Positions 36,584 to 47,384 of a DNA stretch of 64,000 bases are shown one piece after another. The stretch's first letter is position 1; every line of letters begins with the position of its first letter. The stretch is from a virus (lineage: Duplodnaviria; Caudoviricetes): positions 1,166 to 65,165 of the IMG/VR virus record IMGVR_UViG_2839447872_000003; one strand, 5' to 3'. The notes beneath the pieces were generated by a model that worked only from the letters and a program-made list of their open reading frames with translations, searched no databases and was not told the origin of the DNA. The position numbers and the translations under genes are program-made.

Positions 36584-37024
36584 ATGAATAACGAGAAAAA
36601 GACAAATGCAGCAGAAACCGGCGGAACAGCAGATGGCATGATTATGGATATGGCGGAAGCGGCGGAGAAGCTGGAACAGGAGGCCAAAAGAGCAGACGCC
36701 GATTATAGCTCCTATACCCATGTGTTCCAGCCTCCGTTTATTTATGAGGGCAGGACCTACGATACGCTTACTTTTAACTGGGACACCCTGACGGGCAAAG
36801 ACAGCCTGGCGATTGAAGCGGAAATGATGCTCAAGGGGAAAACGCTGATCCTGCCCGCGTACACCGGGGAATATTTGGTCGGCATGGCGGCCCGTGCCTG
36901 TACCTGTCGGGATGACAGCGGGAATCGAACCGTAAGTACAAATACAATTTGCGCCTTGCCGCTGAAAGATTTTCAGGCGATCTGTAACCGGGCGCGGAAT
37001 TTTTTGCTGCGTGCGGGGTTGTAG
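36584..37024 (+). CDS. Tail assembly chaperone
   Basis: LTGKD...IE...DF..I..RARNFL; lies between tube and tape measure. Confidence 0.85.
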   Translation: MNNEKKTNAAETGGTADGMIMDMAEAAEKLEQEAKRADADYSSYTHVFQPPFIYEGRTYDTLTFNWDTLTGKDSLAIEAEMMLKGKTLILPAYTGEYLVGMAARACTCRDDSGNRTVSTNTICALPLKDFQAICNRARNFLLRAGL

Positions 37025-37200
37025 TCGGCGACGGCGGGCTGTGGCTCCGCAAGCAATGCCTGATTTTAGCAAAGTCGAACAGCACCCCCGCGTTTGATTG
37101 GCTGGATTTACCTCTGTCGGAATTTAAGGCATGGATTCAAGCGCATAACGCTGTAGCCGCAGAGGCGTCGGAAAGCCATAATCGACCCGTTCGAAATTAA
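37000..37200 (+). other. Programmed -1 frameshift site and extension of the tail chaperone
   Basis: T TTT TTG at 37000-37006; the -1 frame is open to TAA 37200 (FAACGVVVGDGGLWLRKQCLILAK...). Confidence 0.8.
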
Positions 37201-37274
37201 AAACAAAAGAGGGAGGCCAGGGGCAGATAGCCCTTGGCCTCCCCCTTTTTGCAGCCGGAGAAGGGAGGCGGCGT

Positions 37275-40200
37275 GTGGCCAGCAGGAAACCGTATGAAAT
37301 GCTGTTTGCTTTAAACGCCCAAATGAACGGCAGTTTCAGCAGCACGCTATCGAAAGCACAGCAGGAATTTGTCAGACTGGGAAAAGAGATTCAAGGTTTA
37401 AGTAAAATTCAGTCAGATATTTCCGCTTATCAAAAACAGCAGGGCGCGATTGATGCTACCCAAACAAAATTGAATAATCTCCGGCAGCAAGAAGCGCTCC
37501 TGGTACAGCAGTTAAATGCGGCTAAGAGCGCGACAGAACAAGACGCCGCCGCTATTGCCGCTTTGGAACGGGAAAAATTGAAGCTGGAACAGCGGATCAG
37601 CAATACAAACGCGGCTTTGGAGCGGCAATCACAAAAATTATCGGACACAGGCGCGCGTCTGAAAGAAGCCGGGGTTGATACCGCCAACCTGTCACAGAAA
37701 GATGCGGAATTAACCGCCCGGATTAAAGAGCTGCAAGCCGAACAGGACAAAGCCGCCGAGGGCGCGGCCAGTTTTGGCGAACGTTCCGTGCAGGCCATTG
37801 GCGCCGTACAGCAGGCGCTTATTGCCGCCGGCATAGCTGCGGCGCTGAAAAAGATAGCGGACGCCTATATGGAATGTATTAAAATAGCTGGCGATTTCGA
37901 GGCGGGCATGTCAACTGTGGAGGCTTTGTCCGGAGCTACGGCCGCCGAAATGGAACAATTGAGCAGCGTGGCTAAGGAATTGGGCGCTACAACCAAGTTT
38001 ACCGCACAGGAAGCCGCCGACGCCATGGGCTATATGGCAATGGCAGGATGGGACGCCATAGATATGATGAACGGTATGGACGGCGTGATGCAGTTGGCGG
38101 CGGCCTCCGGCGAGGATTTGGCCATGGTATCGGATATTGTGACTGATAATCTTACTGCTTTTGGGCTGACGGCTGCGGATACCGCTCATTTCTCCGATGT
38201 ATTGGCAGCGGCGGCAACCAACTCCAACACAAACGTATCGATTATGGGCGAAACATTCAAGCAATCCGCCAGTATCGCCGGTGCATTGGGATATTCCATC
38301 GAGGATGTGGCCGTGGCGGTGGGACTGATGGCCAATTCAGGCGTCAAAGGCAGTATTGCCGGTACCGCTTTGAAAAACACCTTTAACGGCTTACTGGAAG
38401 GAGCAACACTGACCGGCGCGGCTTTCGGCGAGTATGAATACTCGGCAATCAAGGCTGACGGCACCATGAAAAGCTTTTCGAGCACCATCAATGAACTGCG
38501 CGTCTACTTTGACCAGATGACCGAAGCCGAACGCGTCAATAACGCCATGACCATTGCCGGGGCGCGCGGCTATAACGGCCTGCTGGCGATCCTGAATGCT
38601 GCTGATGAAGATTATGCCTCTTTGACCGACAGCATCAACAATTGCTCCGGTGCGGCGCAGCGCATGGCGTCGATTAAACTGGATAACATGAATGGACAAC
38701 TGACCCTGATGAACTCCGCCTGGGAAGCATTGAGAACCACAATCGGGGAACAGTTTATACCGGAAATGCGAGGGCTATATGAGATCGGAACGGATGTCTT
38801 AACTGGTCTTAACGAGTTTTCAAAAGCGAACCCTGGAATTGTAAAGGGAATTGCGGCGGGAGCCGCTGTAATCGGAAGTGTCACATTGGCTTTGACCGCT
38901 TATGCGGCGGGGGCCAAAATTGCGGCAGCGGCATCTGCCCTTCTATCTGCTTCTATTCCTGGTGTCAATATTATTATGGGTGTGACGGCGGCGCTGGCTG
39001 GTATAACTGCCGCAGTTGTTGCTTTTACAGCGTCTGTCAATGAGGGCATCCCCTCCGTGAAGGAGCTGTCCGAGGCGGCGCGCGATGCGCAGGAGGCTAT
39101 GGAACAGGCCAACGCTGCATACGACGAAACCGCCACACAGACGCTTGCCACGGCGCAGACCGCCCTAATCTACATCGACAGACTGGAGGAGATCGAGGCT
39201 GCCGCAGGCGGCGCGGTGAAAGAAAATCAGGAATACCACAATATTCTCGCCCTCCTTTCCCGCACAGTGCCGGAACTGGCCGACAGCATCGACCTTACAA
39301 ATAATGCTATTGATGGCGGCACAGAAGCTCTCCGTGCAAATACGGAAGAATGGAAGCGCAACGCGGAGGCCCAGGCATACCAGGAATATCTCAATTCCTT
39401 ATATGACCAGCACGGCGAGGTCACAAAGGAATACGTCGAAAACAGTATCAAGCGCACCCAGGCGGAAATACATCTGGAGGAAGTAACAGAAAAGCGCAAC
39501 GCCGTTCAGGAGCGTCTGAATGAGCTGAGCAAAGAATCCTATGATCAGGGCGGCATGCTCACACAGGAATACTATGATCTGCAAAATTCACTGAACACAT
39601 ACAACGATGAGATCTATAAATCTGAACGTACCATTAAAAATCTGGACAAGGCCATTGCCGAAGATATCGAGACGATGGATTCCTTCCAAACTGAAATTGA
39701 TGAAGCGGATAAAGCCTGGGAAAGGATAACCGACACCACCAAAGATATGACCGAGGCCGAGAAAGCCGCCGCGCAGCAGACACAGGAGTTTCAGCAGATT
39801 TTTGATGGCGTCACCGCATCGGCAGCGACGCTCACGGAGGCTTACAAAGCGACGTATGAAGCCGCAATGGAATCCATACAGGGACAATACGCCCTGTGGG
39901 ATATGGCCGCACCGGCTGTTGCAACCAGTGCAGGGAGCATCAATTCTGCCTTGGAAAGCCAGATCACCTATTGGCAGGCATATGACGCCAACCTGCAATC
40001 CCTGACAGAGCGCAGTGCCGAGATTGAGGGCCTGAGCGATGTCATCGCAAGCTTTGCCGATGGCAGCAAGGAGGGCGTGAACGCGGTTGCGGGCCTTGCC
40101 GCAGCAACTGACGAGGAATTGCGGGAAGTGGTCGCCAATTACAATGCCAATAAACAGGCAATGTCTGACGCGTCCAACAGTACTTCGATGCTGGTGAACG

Positions 40201-40766
40201 AGGTTCCCCAGGAAATAGACAAGCTGCAAAAAGAACTGGAGGACGGCGTTGCGGCTATGAACCTTGGCTCCGAGGCGGCCGAGAGCGCCAGGGCTACAAT
40301 TCAGGGGTACATCGACGGATTGGATGGTATGCATCCGGAGGTACAGGCCGCCTTCGCCCGTTTTGCACAGGCGGTGCCGCAAACTCCGGCCCTGCCGGGA
40401 AACGGATTTGCCCCGATCGCCTCTTTACATGGACGCGGATATGCTACTGGTACGGAATCAGCGGAACCTGGCTTTGCTCTGGTAGGTGAAAAAGGACCGG
40501 AATTGATCTATTTTAATGGCGGGGAGAAAGTTGTGAACGCGGCACAAACCGCCGCCATGCGGTCACAGCCTGCCATTTCCGCGCTGGTCCCGCCTGCCGG
40601 CGGCGCCAATTCCCCGGTTACAATCCAGGTTTCATTTAATATTCAGGGAACTGCCTCCCCGGAAACCGTAGCGTCCCTGCAAGAATTCGGAAGTGAATTT
40701 GCCGAACATGTCCTGGATGTTATCGAACAGCACAATATTGATGTTACAAGGAGGGCCTATCGATGA
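37275..40766 (+). CDS. Tape measure protein (TP901-like core)
   Basis: 1163 aa, Ala-rich; LGATTKFTAQEAA, GIKGS-like GVKGSIAGTAL. Confidence 0.95.
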   Translation: MASRKPYEMLFALNAQMNGSFSSTLSKAQQEFVRLGKEIQGLSKIQSDISAYQKQQGAIDATQTKLNNLRQQEALLVQQLNAAKSATEQDAAAIAALEREKLKLEQRISNTNAALERQSQKLSDTGARLKEAGVDTANLSQKDAELTARIKELQAEQDKAAEGAASFGERSVQAIGAVQQALIAAGIAAALKKIADAYMECIKIAGDFEAGMSTVEALSGATAAEMEQLSSVAKELGATTKFTAQEAADAMGYMAMAGWDAIDMMNGMDGVMQLAAASGEDLAMVSDIVTDNLTAFGLTAADTAHFSDVLAAAATNSNTNVSIMGETFKQSASIAGALGYSIEDVAVAVGLMANSGVKGSIAGTALKNTFNGLLEGATLTGAAFGEYEYSAIKADGTMKSFSSTINELRVYFDQMTEAERVNNAMTIAGARGYNGLLAILNAADEDYASLTDSINNCSGAAQRMASIKLDNMNGQLTLMNSAWEALRTTIGEQFIPEMRGLYEIGTDVLTGLNEFSKANPGIVKGIAAGAAVIGSVTLALTAYAAGAKIAAAASALLSASIPGVNIIMGVTAALAGITAAVVAFTASVNEGIPSVKELSEAARDAQEAMEQANAAYDETATQTLATAQTALIYIDRLEEIEAAAGGAVKENQEYHNILALLSRTVPELADSIDLTNNAIDGGTEALRANTEEWKRNAEAQAYQEYLNSLYDQHGEVTKEYVENSIKRTQAEIHLEEVTEKRNAVQERLNELSKESYDQGGMLTQEYYDLQNSLNTYNDEIYKSERTIKNLDKAIAEDIETMDSFQTEIDEADKAWERITDTTKDMTEAEKAAAQQTQEFQQIFDGVTASAATLTEAYKATYEAAMESIQGQYALWDMAAPAVATSAGSINSALESQITYWQAYDANLQSLTERSAEIEGLSDVIASFADGSKEGVNAVAGLAAATDEELREVVANYNANKQAMSDASNSTSMLVNEVPQEIDKLQKELEDGVAAMNLGSEAAESARATIQGYIDGLDGMHPEVQAAFARFAQAVPQTPALPGNGFAPIASLHGRGYATGTESAEPGFALVGEKGPELIYFNGGEKVVNAAQTAAMRSQPAISALVPPAGGANSPVTIQVSFNIQGTASPETVASLQEFGSEFAEHVLDVIEQHNIDVTRRAYR

Positions 40767-40972
40767 AAAAGTACACAACCGTCCAGGGTGATATGTGGGA
40801 CAGCATCGCCTACGCCCAGCTTGGGAATGCGGATTACGCCGATAAACTGATGAACGCAAATTTGCAGTATCGGGAATATTACATATTTCCCGCCGGCATT
40901 GTCCTGAACCTGCCGGAAATAACCGGGCGTGTCAGTGATGGCATGCCCCCGTGGAAACAGGTGGGAGGATGA
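40763..40972 (+). CDS. Tail protein X (LysM-like)
   Basis: YTTVQGDMWDSIAY...PAGIVLNLP...PPW. Confidence 0.9.
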   Translation: MKKYTTVQGDMWDSIAYAQLGNADYADKLMNANLQYREYYIFPAGIVLNLPEITGRVSDGMPPWKQVGG

Positions 40973-42291
40973 GCGACAAAAATCTGTCACGCCGCGCGGC
41001 TGCGGAGATATCTTTTAACGGCATAAATATTACATCGTCTATCAAGCCTTATCTTCTGTCCATGACCTATATTGATAATGAGGAGGACGAAACAGACGAT
41101 TTGCAGATCACCCTTCAGGACAGGGAATCTATCTGGTTGGAAAAATGGCTGACAGAAGCGGTTGACGCCGCCGCGTCCGCCCCCGGTTCGGCGCCGGGAG
41201 GTTATTCCGTGGGGGATATCGTCCAGTTTACAGGATCGTTTCACTATATCAGTTCTACCGACGACGCCGGATATACAGCGATACCGGGACCTGCGCAAAT
41301 CACATTGAGCAATCCCGGGAGTAAGCACCCCTGGCATCTGATTCATACCGATAATACCTCTAATGTCTACGGGTGGGTCAACGAAGGGGACTTCCAGGGC
41401 ATGGACGGCAACGGCTCGGAGAATAACAGCAGCGCCGGCTTTAAAATTGACGCTGTGATTGTCCGGGAAAACTGGAATAGCGACGGTAAGGATAAGCTGC
41501 TGCCCTGCGGCCAGTTCGAGCTTGACAGTGTGGACGCTTCCGGGCCGCCGGCCACCATTACCATTAAAGCCACTTCCCTTCCTTTTGGAGCGCAGATCAG
41601 GCAAACGAAAAAATCCCATGCATGGGAAGCCTGTTCATTATCCGGCATCGCCAAAGAGATTGCGCGCAGCAACGGCATGGTTTGTATGTATGAATCGGTG
41701 GGCGATCCGTTTTATGCGCGGCTGGAACAGGTAAAAACAAGCGACATCGCTTTTTTGTCCACCCTCTGCCATGACGCGGGAATCTCCCTTAAAGCGACCA
41801 ACAGTATCCTTGTTTTGTTTGATCAGGCGGCTTATGAAGCGAAATCGCCCATCTTTATCATCAGGCAGGGAAAGAACGGGGGCTATACAAAATACAAGAT
41901 GAACATCGGCACGGCGAATACAAAGTATTCGTCGTGCCGCGTCAGTTATGTCGACCCGTCTACAGGCCGATGCATCGAGGCGACGGCCAGGACGGAGGAT
42001 TATAATGCCGATGCAAAGAACAATCAACAATTGGAAATCTCGGCAAAGGTGTCCAGCATCGCCGAGGCAAAGGCGCTGGCCGAAAAGCATCTGCGGCTGC
42101 ACAACAAATACGCCAAGACAGCGACATTTACCTTACCGGGAAATCCTGATCTCGTGGCCGGGGTGACAATTCTGCTGGAGGGGTGGGGCGCTTGGGGCGG
42201 AAAGTATATCATCACGCAGGCGAACCATTCTGTTAGCGGGTCCGGCTATACGACGCAAATCAAATTGCGTAAAGTACTGGAGGGATATTGA
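40969..42291 (+). CDS. Late control D / baseplate hub with inserted SH3-like domain
   Basis: YIDNEEDETDDLQITL, CGQFELD, EQVKTSDIAFL, GNPDLVAG. Confidence 0.85.
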   Translation: MSDKNLSRRAAAEISFNGINITSSIKPYLLSMTYIDNEEDETDDLQITLQDRESIWLEKWLTEAVDAAASAPGSAPGGYSVGDIVQFTGSFHYISSTDDAGYTAIPGPAQITLSNPGSKHPWHLIHTDNTSNVYGWVNEGDFQGMDGNGSENNSSAGFKIDAVIVRENWNSDGKDKLLPCGQFELDSVDASGPPATITIKATSLPFGAQIRQTKKSHAWEACSLSGIAKEIARSNGMVCMYESVGDPFYARLEQVKTSDIAFLSTLCHDAGISLKATNSILVLFDQAAYEAKSPIFIIRQGKNGGYTKYKMNIGTANTKYSSCRVSYVDPSTGRCIEATARTEDYNADAKNNQQLEISAKVSSIAEAKALAEKHLRLHNKYAKTATFTLPGNPDLVAGVTILLEGWGAWGGKYIITQANHSVSGSGYTTQIKLRKVLEGY

Positions 42292-42617
42292 TGGCATCGG
42301 ATACAAACCTGGAGAAGTTGGTGCGTCTTGGGACGGTGACGGCTGTGGACGCCGGCAAACGGCAGGCGCGGGTAAAGTATGAGGATACGGGTTCACTCTC
42401 TGGATGGCTTTACGTCCTCGCGGCGCCCCCATCCGTCCCGGACTATGATGCGCCGCAGCGCACAGAGCTTGAAGAAGGCGGCAGCGGTGAAGCGGCTTAT
42501 GAAAGCCATAGCCATGAGCTGATCATAAAACCATGGATGCCAAAGGTGAACGAAACGGTCCTGATATTGTACCTGCCGGGAGATAACACGGACGGTTTTG
42601 TCCTGGGGAGGGTTTAG
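42291..42617 (+). CDS. Baseplate spike (gpV-like)
   Basis: VRLGTVTAVD...ARV...SGWL...WMPKV...DGFVLG. Confidence 0.75.
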   Translation: MASDTNLEKLVRLGTVTAVDAGKRQARVKYEDTGSLSGWLYVLAAPPSVPDYDAPQRTELEEGGSGEAAYESHSHELIIKPWMPKVNETVLILYLPGDNTDGFVLGRV

Positions 42618-42619
42618 GC

Positions 42620-43021
42620 ATGGCAACGATCGGATGCCTTGGGGATGTGGCCTTTACAGTTTCCGATTCCGTCATCCGGACGCTCTCCAATTTTCAATGG
42701 TCCGGTTCTGCGCGTTATGCGACCCATCAGCGGCATTTGGGGCGGGGACTTCTGGAATTTACAGGGACGGACCCCGATAAGATATCTTTTGATATCACAC
42801 TTTCCGCACAACTTGGGGTAACACCCGCAAAGGAAATCGCCAGGATCGCCAAATATGTAAGCAGCGGCAAAAAGCTGCCTCTGACCATCGGCAGTCATGT
42901 CTATGGACAATACAGATGGGCGATCCTGAGCTACAGCGTCAAAGCGCAAACATTTGATAAATACGGTAATCTGTATGTTGCGGTGCTGTCCGTCAGCCTG
43001 CAAGAATATTTGAGGAGGTGA
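42620..43021 (+). CDS. P2 gpU-like tail protein
   Basis: IGCLGDVAFTVS...EFTGTDPD. Confidence 0.85.
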   Translation: MATIGCLGDVAFTVSDSVIRTLSNFQWSGSARYATHQRHLGRGLLEFTGTDPDKISFDITLSAQLGVTPAKEIARIAKYVSSGKKLPLTIGSHVYGQYRWAILSYSVKAQTFDKYGNLYVAVLSVSLQEYLRR

Positions 43022-43027
43022 AAACAG

Positions 43028-43348
43028 ATGACCTATACGATCAGCGCCGCGGATTTACGTAATATCCGGCTGAACCAAACCGATGCTTTAAACTCTGTTA
43101 TTCAAAATATCGCGATCATTTTATCGACAGCAAAAGGTTCTGTTCCTCTGCATCGTGACTTTGGGATAGCAATGGACGCGCTTGACCGGCCGGTTTCTGT
43201 GGCCGAAGTGATGATGCGTGCTGATATCCGCGAAGCGATCGAACGGTGGGAACCGAGGGCGGCTGTTGTAGATATCGCCTTTTCAGGGGACGCGTCCGAA
43301 CCGGGCAAATTGATACCAACGGTAGAGGTGGAGATCAATAATGGGTAG
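43028..43348 (+). CDS. GPW/gp25 baseplate protein
   Basis: KGSVPLHRDFG...ERWEPRA. Confidence 0.88.
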   Translation: MTYTISAADLRNIRLNQTDALNSVIQNIAIILSTAKGSVPLHRDFGIAMDALDRPVSVAEVMMRADIREAIERWEPRAAVVDIAFSGDASEPGKLIPTVEVEINNG

Positions 43349-44477
43349 AAATACAGAATATCAGTTTATCTCAACAGATGCGGCCGAAATTGTATCCCTG
43401 CTGACAACAGCCTATGAAAAGATCACTGGTATCACGATCCATCCTGCCAGCCCGGAACATCTATTCATCCGATGGATGGGCAACATAATCATACAAGAGC
43501 GTGTTTTAAATAATTATACCGGCAATCAAAACATCCCAAGCCGTGCCGAAGGCAGGAACTTGGATGCATTGGGCGAACTGTTTTTAGAGCAGACCCGTCC
43601 CGGAGCCAAGCCAGCCCGATGCACCGTCCGATTTGAAATTTCCGAGGCGCAGCTATTTGCCGTTTTGGTGCCTGCGGGAACAAGGGTTACGGATACAGGA
43701 GGCGTCCTGATCTGGCAAACGGAAGCGGATATCTATGTGCCGGCCGGTGAAACCTCTGTGGACGCGGAAGTGATATGCCAGACATCCGGTACAGTGGGAA
43801 ACGGCTATGTACCCGGACAGATTGATACCATCATGGACTTGTACGATTACTGTACAAAGTGTGTCAATATCACTGCATCCGACGGAGGCGCGGACATGGC
43901 GACGGATGAAGAATATTATGAGCTTATGCGGGCCAGTATGGACGGATATAGCTGCGCTGGCGCCAGAGGCGGGTATATCTACTTTGCCCGGCGCGTCAGT
44001 ACAGAGATCGCGGATGTAATCGCCAACTCCCCCACTCCCGGCGTGGTCAAGCTGTACATATTGATGGAAAACGGAGAGCCCGCGGGAGAGGAAATTAAAA
44101 ACGCAGTATTGGCCGCCTGCAACGAAGATACTGTGCGGCCTCTGACGGATCAGGTATTTGTAGAGGATGCCGAAAAAATAGAGTATGACATTTCCTGCAC
44201 CTACTATATACAGGAGGGCGTACAAAAAAGCGCGGCAGAATTAAAAGCGGCGGTAAATGCGGCTGTAAAAGAATACGCCGCATGGCAGAGCGCGCGCATG
44301 GGACGTGATATCAATCCGTCCTATCTGGTGGGATTACTTATGCAGACCGGGATTAAACGCGTGGAGTTGACCGCGCCTGTATTTACCGTCTTGCGGGATG
44401 GAAGCGACAGGACCGTCCCACAGGTGGCTGCGCTGCGGTCGCTGGATGTGGTTGACGGAGGGTACGAGGATGAATGA
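43341..44477 (+). CDS. Baseplate J
   Basis: AEGRNLDALG, GGAD..TDEEY, AGARGGY, RPLTDQV. Confidence 0.93.
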   Translation: MGRNTEYQFISTDAAEIVSLLTTAYEKITGITIHPASPEHLFIRWMGNIIIQERVLNNYTGNQNIPSRAEGRNLDALGELFLEQTRPGAKPARCTVRFEISEAQLFAVLVPAGTRVTDTGGVLIWQTEADIYVPAGETSVDAEVICQTSGTVGNGYVPGQIDTIMDLYDYCTKCVNITASDGGADMATDEEYYELMRASMDGYSCAGARGGYIYFARRVSTEIADVIANSPTPGVVKLYILMENGEPAGEEIKNAVLAACNEDTVRPLTDQVFVEDAEKIEYDISCTYYIQEGVQKSAAELKAAVNAAVKEYAAWQSARMGRDINPSYLVGLLMQTGIKRVELTAPVFTVLRDGSDRTVPQVAALRSLDVVDGGYEDE

Positions 44478-45498
44478 TCATGGCCTGACAACGAAAAATT
44501 TACTGGCGTCGTTCCCCGAAGCATTGCGGCATGATGCGTCGCTTGCGGCTCTGGCCTCTGCTGTCGCGGATATCCTGTCTAAGAGGCCGGAAGAAATCGG
44601 GCGGGCTGCCGTTTATCCCTCGATTGATGACCTGGATGAATCGCTTTTGGATATCCTGGCCCATGATTTTAAAGTGGATTGGTATGACTACAATTATGAC
44701 GCGGATATAAAGCGGGCGTTGTTTAAAAGCAGCTTCGCTGTGCACCGGTTTTTGGGAACACGAGGCGCTGTAACCAGGGCGTTGACCAGCATTTATTCTG
44801 CCGCATCAGTCAAAGAATGGTTTGAGTATGGCGGGAATCCATATTACTTTAAAATACTGTTGTACGATCAGGATATGCCCGTTTCCATTCCGGCCAAAGA
44901 AATCAGAAAGGCCGTTGAATTCTATAAGTCCCTGCGTTCCCACCTGGAAAAAATCACGATGATCATCGAAGCCGCGGCGCGGCTCGAAATCGGATTTTCA
45001 TGGCGGCTTGCAATGCGGACCCGTTTAAGCGTATGGGGGATGCATGAAATCCGGCTGAACGGCAGCCGCGGCTTAAACGGCGAGTGGATATTGTCCAGTG
45101 TTTGGGACCGGGGCGCGCATTTTGAGAAATTTGCTTTGCATCACCGAAAACGGACGCCGCTCCAGATGACGGTATATATGACCATCATGCAAAGAGCCGG
45201 ATTTGAGCAGCAGGACATACCGAAATTGTCCCGTTTTGCCGTGCGGACCCGAAACAATGTATACAGCCCGCAAACGATGATGTTGGACGGTTCCCACAGG
45301 CTGGACGGCGGGGGGCGGCTTGGGATTGTGTTTATGCGGGGCGGCGCATTGCGGGCGTGCGCTTTTCGGGCGTCTGCAAATGCCAGCCCGTGTATTAAGG
45401 CCGGCCTCATCCGAAACAACATGTGGCGCCTGGACGGTTCCCGCAGTCTTGACGGTGAGCGGCTGTTGAACGCGGATATCATCACAAGCGATCTTTAA
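44470..45498 (+). CDS. P2 tail protein I-like with C-terminal LDGSxxLDG repeats
   Basis: LLDILAHDFKVDWYD, GTRGAV, EWFEYGGNPYYF. Confidence 0.85.
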   Translation: MNDHGLTTKNLLASFPEALRHDASLAALASAVADILSKRPEEIGRAAVYPSIDDLDESLLDILAHDFKVDWYDYNYDADIKRALFKSSFAVHRFLGTRGAVTRALTSIYSAASVKEWFEYGGNPYYFKILLYDQDMPVSIPAKEIRKAVEFYKSLRSHLEKITMIIEAAARLEIGFSWRLAMRTRLSVWGMHEIRLNGSRGLNGEWILSSVWDRGAHFEKFALHHRKRTPLQMTVYMTIMQRAGFEQQDIPKLSRFAVRTRNNVYSPQTMMLDGSHRLDGGGRLGIVFMRGGALRACAFRASANASPCIKAGLIRNNMWRLDGSRSLDGERLLNADIITSDL

Positions 45499-45520
45499 AT
45501 CATGGAAGGAAGGGATTATT

Positions 45521-45913
45521 TTGGCGGAGAAAAACAGCATCATTACAAAAGCGCGGCGGATTGCGCTGGCCAAATTAACGGCCGGCGTAATTGACACAAT
45601 CCCGCCGGTCTCCTTTATCGCCCTGGGGGACGGCGGGGTGAACGAAAGCGGGGAGCCTATTGCCCCGGATGTGGAACAGGAGGCTTTGACGCATGAGGTT
45701 TGCCGGTATGCGGTACAGAAGCCTGTCGCCTTCCCGGTGGAGACAACGGCGCGATTCGTAATTGTTATCCCGGAGGATGAACAAGCCAAAACAAAATTTT
45801 CCGAAATGGGGTTGGTCGATACAGAGGGGAATTTTGTTGCAATTAAAACAATGTATGTGAAGCAGAAGGATGACGATGTGGAGTTTTCCTTTACCTTCGA
45901 TATGGAATTTTAA
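45521..45913 (+). CDS. Tail fiber N-terminal-like protein
   Basis: IALGDGG...EMGLVD.EG..VAIKT. Confidence 0.7.
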   Translation: MAEKNSIITKARRIALAKLTAGVIDTIPPVSFIALGDGGVNESGEPIAPDVEQEALTHEVCRYAVQKPVAFPVETTARFVIVIPEDEQAKTKFSEMGLVDTEGNFVAIKTMYVKQKDDDVEFSFTFDMEF

Positions 45914-45928
45914 TTGGAGGGGATATTT

Positions 45929-46948
45929 ATGGCAGAGGTACATAATTCCTGGCAGGATACAATGGGGGAACCTTATCAGATACCGGATAATCCGGTTTAT
46001 GACGCATCCAATATTCTAAGGCCGACGACCATGACGCCGGCCCATGCAGACATGTTTAACGAGATATTTTCCCGCCTGATCGTCAATACTGCGGCGGTCA
46101 AGAGCATTGCTGACAGCAAAGCGGGCACTGACACCGCCGCGTCTGATCAGGATGGATTGATGTCGAAGGAAGATAAAACCGCCCTCGATCAAGCGGTGCT
46201 GAATATTGCTGCCTTAAGCGGAATTTTGGGCGACGGCACGGCAGGCGGCGATTTACAGGGGAGCTATCCAAACCCGGCAATCAATCCCGCAAAGCTGGTC
46301 AATATCAAACCTACGTTTGCGCAGGCAGAGTCTCGTGCTAAGATTGCCAATGGCGATACACTGGCAATTATCCTGGGCAAAATCGCCAAGATGTATGTGG
46401 ATTTAAAAGCCGTGGCATGGAGCGGCAGCTACGCCGATTTGACAAACAAACCGTCCAACTTTACGCCCGCGGCCCATACCCATGACGACCGCTATTTCAC
46501 GGAGACGGAGATAACAACAAAGCTGAACGCAAAGTCCGATACGACCCATACGCATACGGCGGCGCAGGTAGGCGCGGCTGCGGTGTCCAGCGGTACATGG
46601 ACGCCAAATCTCAACGACGCATACAATGCCTGCTTTACCAACACAAATGCAAGCGGCGTCTGGTACCGGGCCGGAAATATCGCACTGTTTTACTTCCAGA
46701 CCCAATTAACCCGAAAATCCAGCAACAGCGCAAACATGTATTGTACGACGCCGTTTGCCGGCCATACGTTCGGAGAAGTGATTCTGCGCGGGCCGACCAG
46801 CCCAACGCTTAGAAAGAATTGGGTATTGGCAAACACAAATACAAATTCCACCTGGATGCTTATACCCGGAGGCGCGTTTGCGACAGAATCACAGATGTCG
46901 GTAGGCACGGACTTTTGGTATTACGGGCATGGCACAGTTTTGCTTTAA
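45929..46948 (+). CDS. Tail fiber / receptor-binding protein
   Basis: AGGDLQGSYPNP, SGSYADLTNKP, HTHDDRY; aromatic beta-rich C-terminus with GTWTP. Confidence 0.8.
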   Translation: MAEVHNSWQDTMGEPYQIPDNPVYDASNILRPTTMTPAHADMFNEIFSRLIVNTAAVKSIADSKAGTDTAASDQDGLMSKEDKTALDQAVLNIAALSGILGDGTAGGDLQGSYPNPAINPAKLVNIKPTFAQAESRAKIANGDTLAIILGKIAKMYVDLKAVAWSGSYADLTNKPSNFTPAAHTHDDRYFTETEITTKLNAKSDTTHTHTAAQVGAAAVSSGTWTPNLNDAYNACFTNTNASGVWYRAGNIALFYFQTQLTRKSSNSANMYCTTPFAGHTFGEVILRGPTSPTLRKNWVLANTNTNSTWMLIPGGAFATESQMSVGTDFWYYGHGTVLL

Positions 46949-46960
46949 GGGGGCAGTATC

Positions 46961-47380
46961 ATGGATCAAACAACGAAAAAAACATATGACGGCCTGTGCT
47001 CTGACTTCGTTTTTATTGAGACACAGGATTTTGAGGATGGCACACCAACCACCTTGCCGCACCGCCAGATGTTTTACAACACGGAATCAGGACGAGCAAT
47101 GCTGGCGGAAGCAGCGCCGGAGCTGCTGGATGAAATTTTAGCGGTATGGGGCGATCAACCGGCGGCCATGGACGGCGCGGAAATATTGGAGCCTTTTCCG
47201 ACCATGGAAGAAAGCGTCGAATCTCTGGAGGCACAGATGACAGACACACAGATGGCGCTGGTTGAGGCATACGAGGCGGCGGACGAACAGGCAACGACGA
47301 TCATGCTGGCACAGGCCGAAGCGTACGAATCCATGCTTGCGCTGCAAGCGCGCATGGAGGCTCTGGAAGGGGGTGAATAG
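46961..47380 (+). CDS. Hypothetical tail-fiber-associated protein
   Basis: AAGGGGG RBS; coiled-coil C-terminus with TQMALVEAYE. Confidence 0.65.
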   Translation: MDQTTKKTYDGLCSDFVFIETQDFEDGTPTTLPHRQMFYNTESGRAMLAEAAPELLDEILAVWGDQPAAMDGAEILEPFPTMEESVESLEAQMTDTQMALVEAYEAADEQATTIMLAQAEAYESMLALQARMEALEGGE

Positions 47381-47384
47381 GTAA

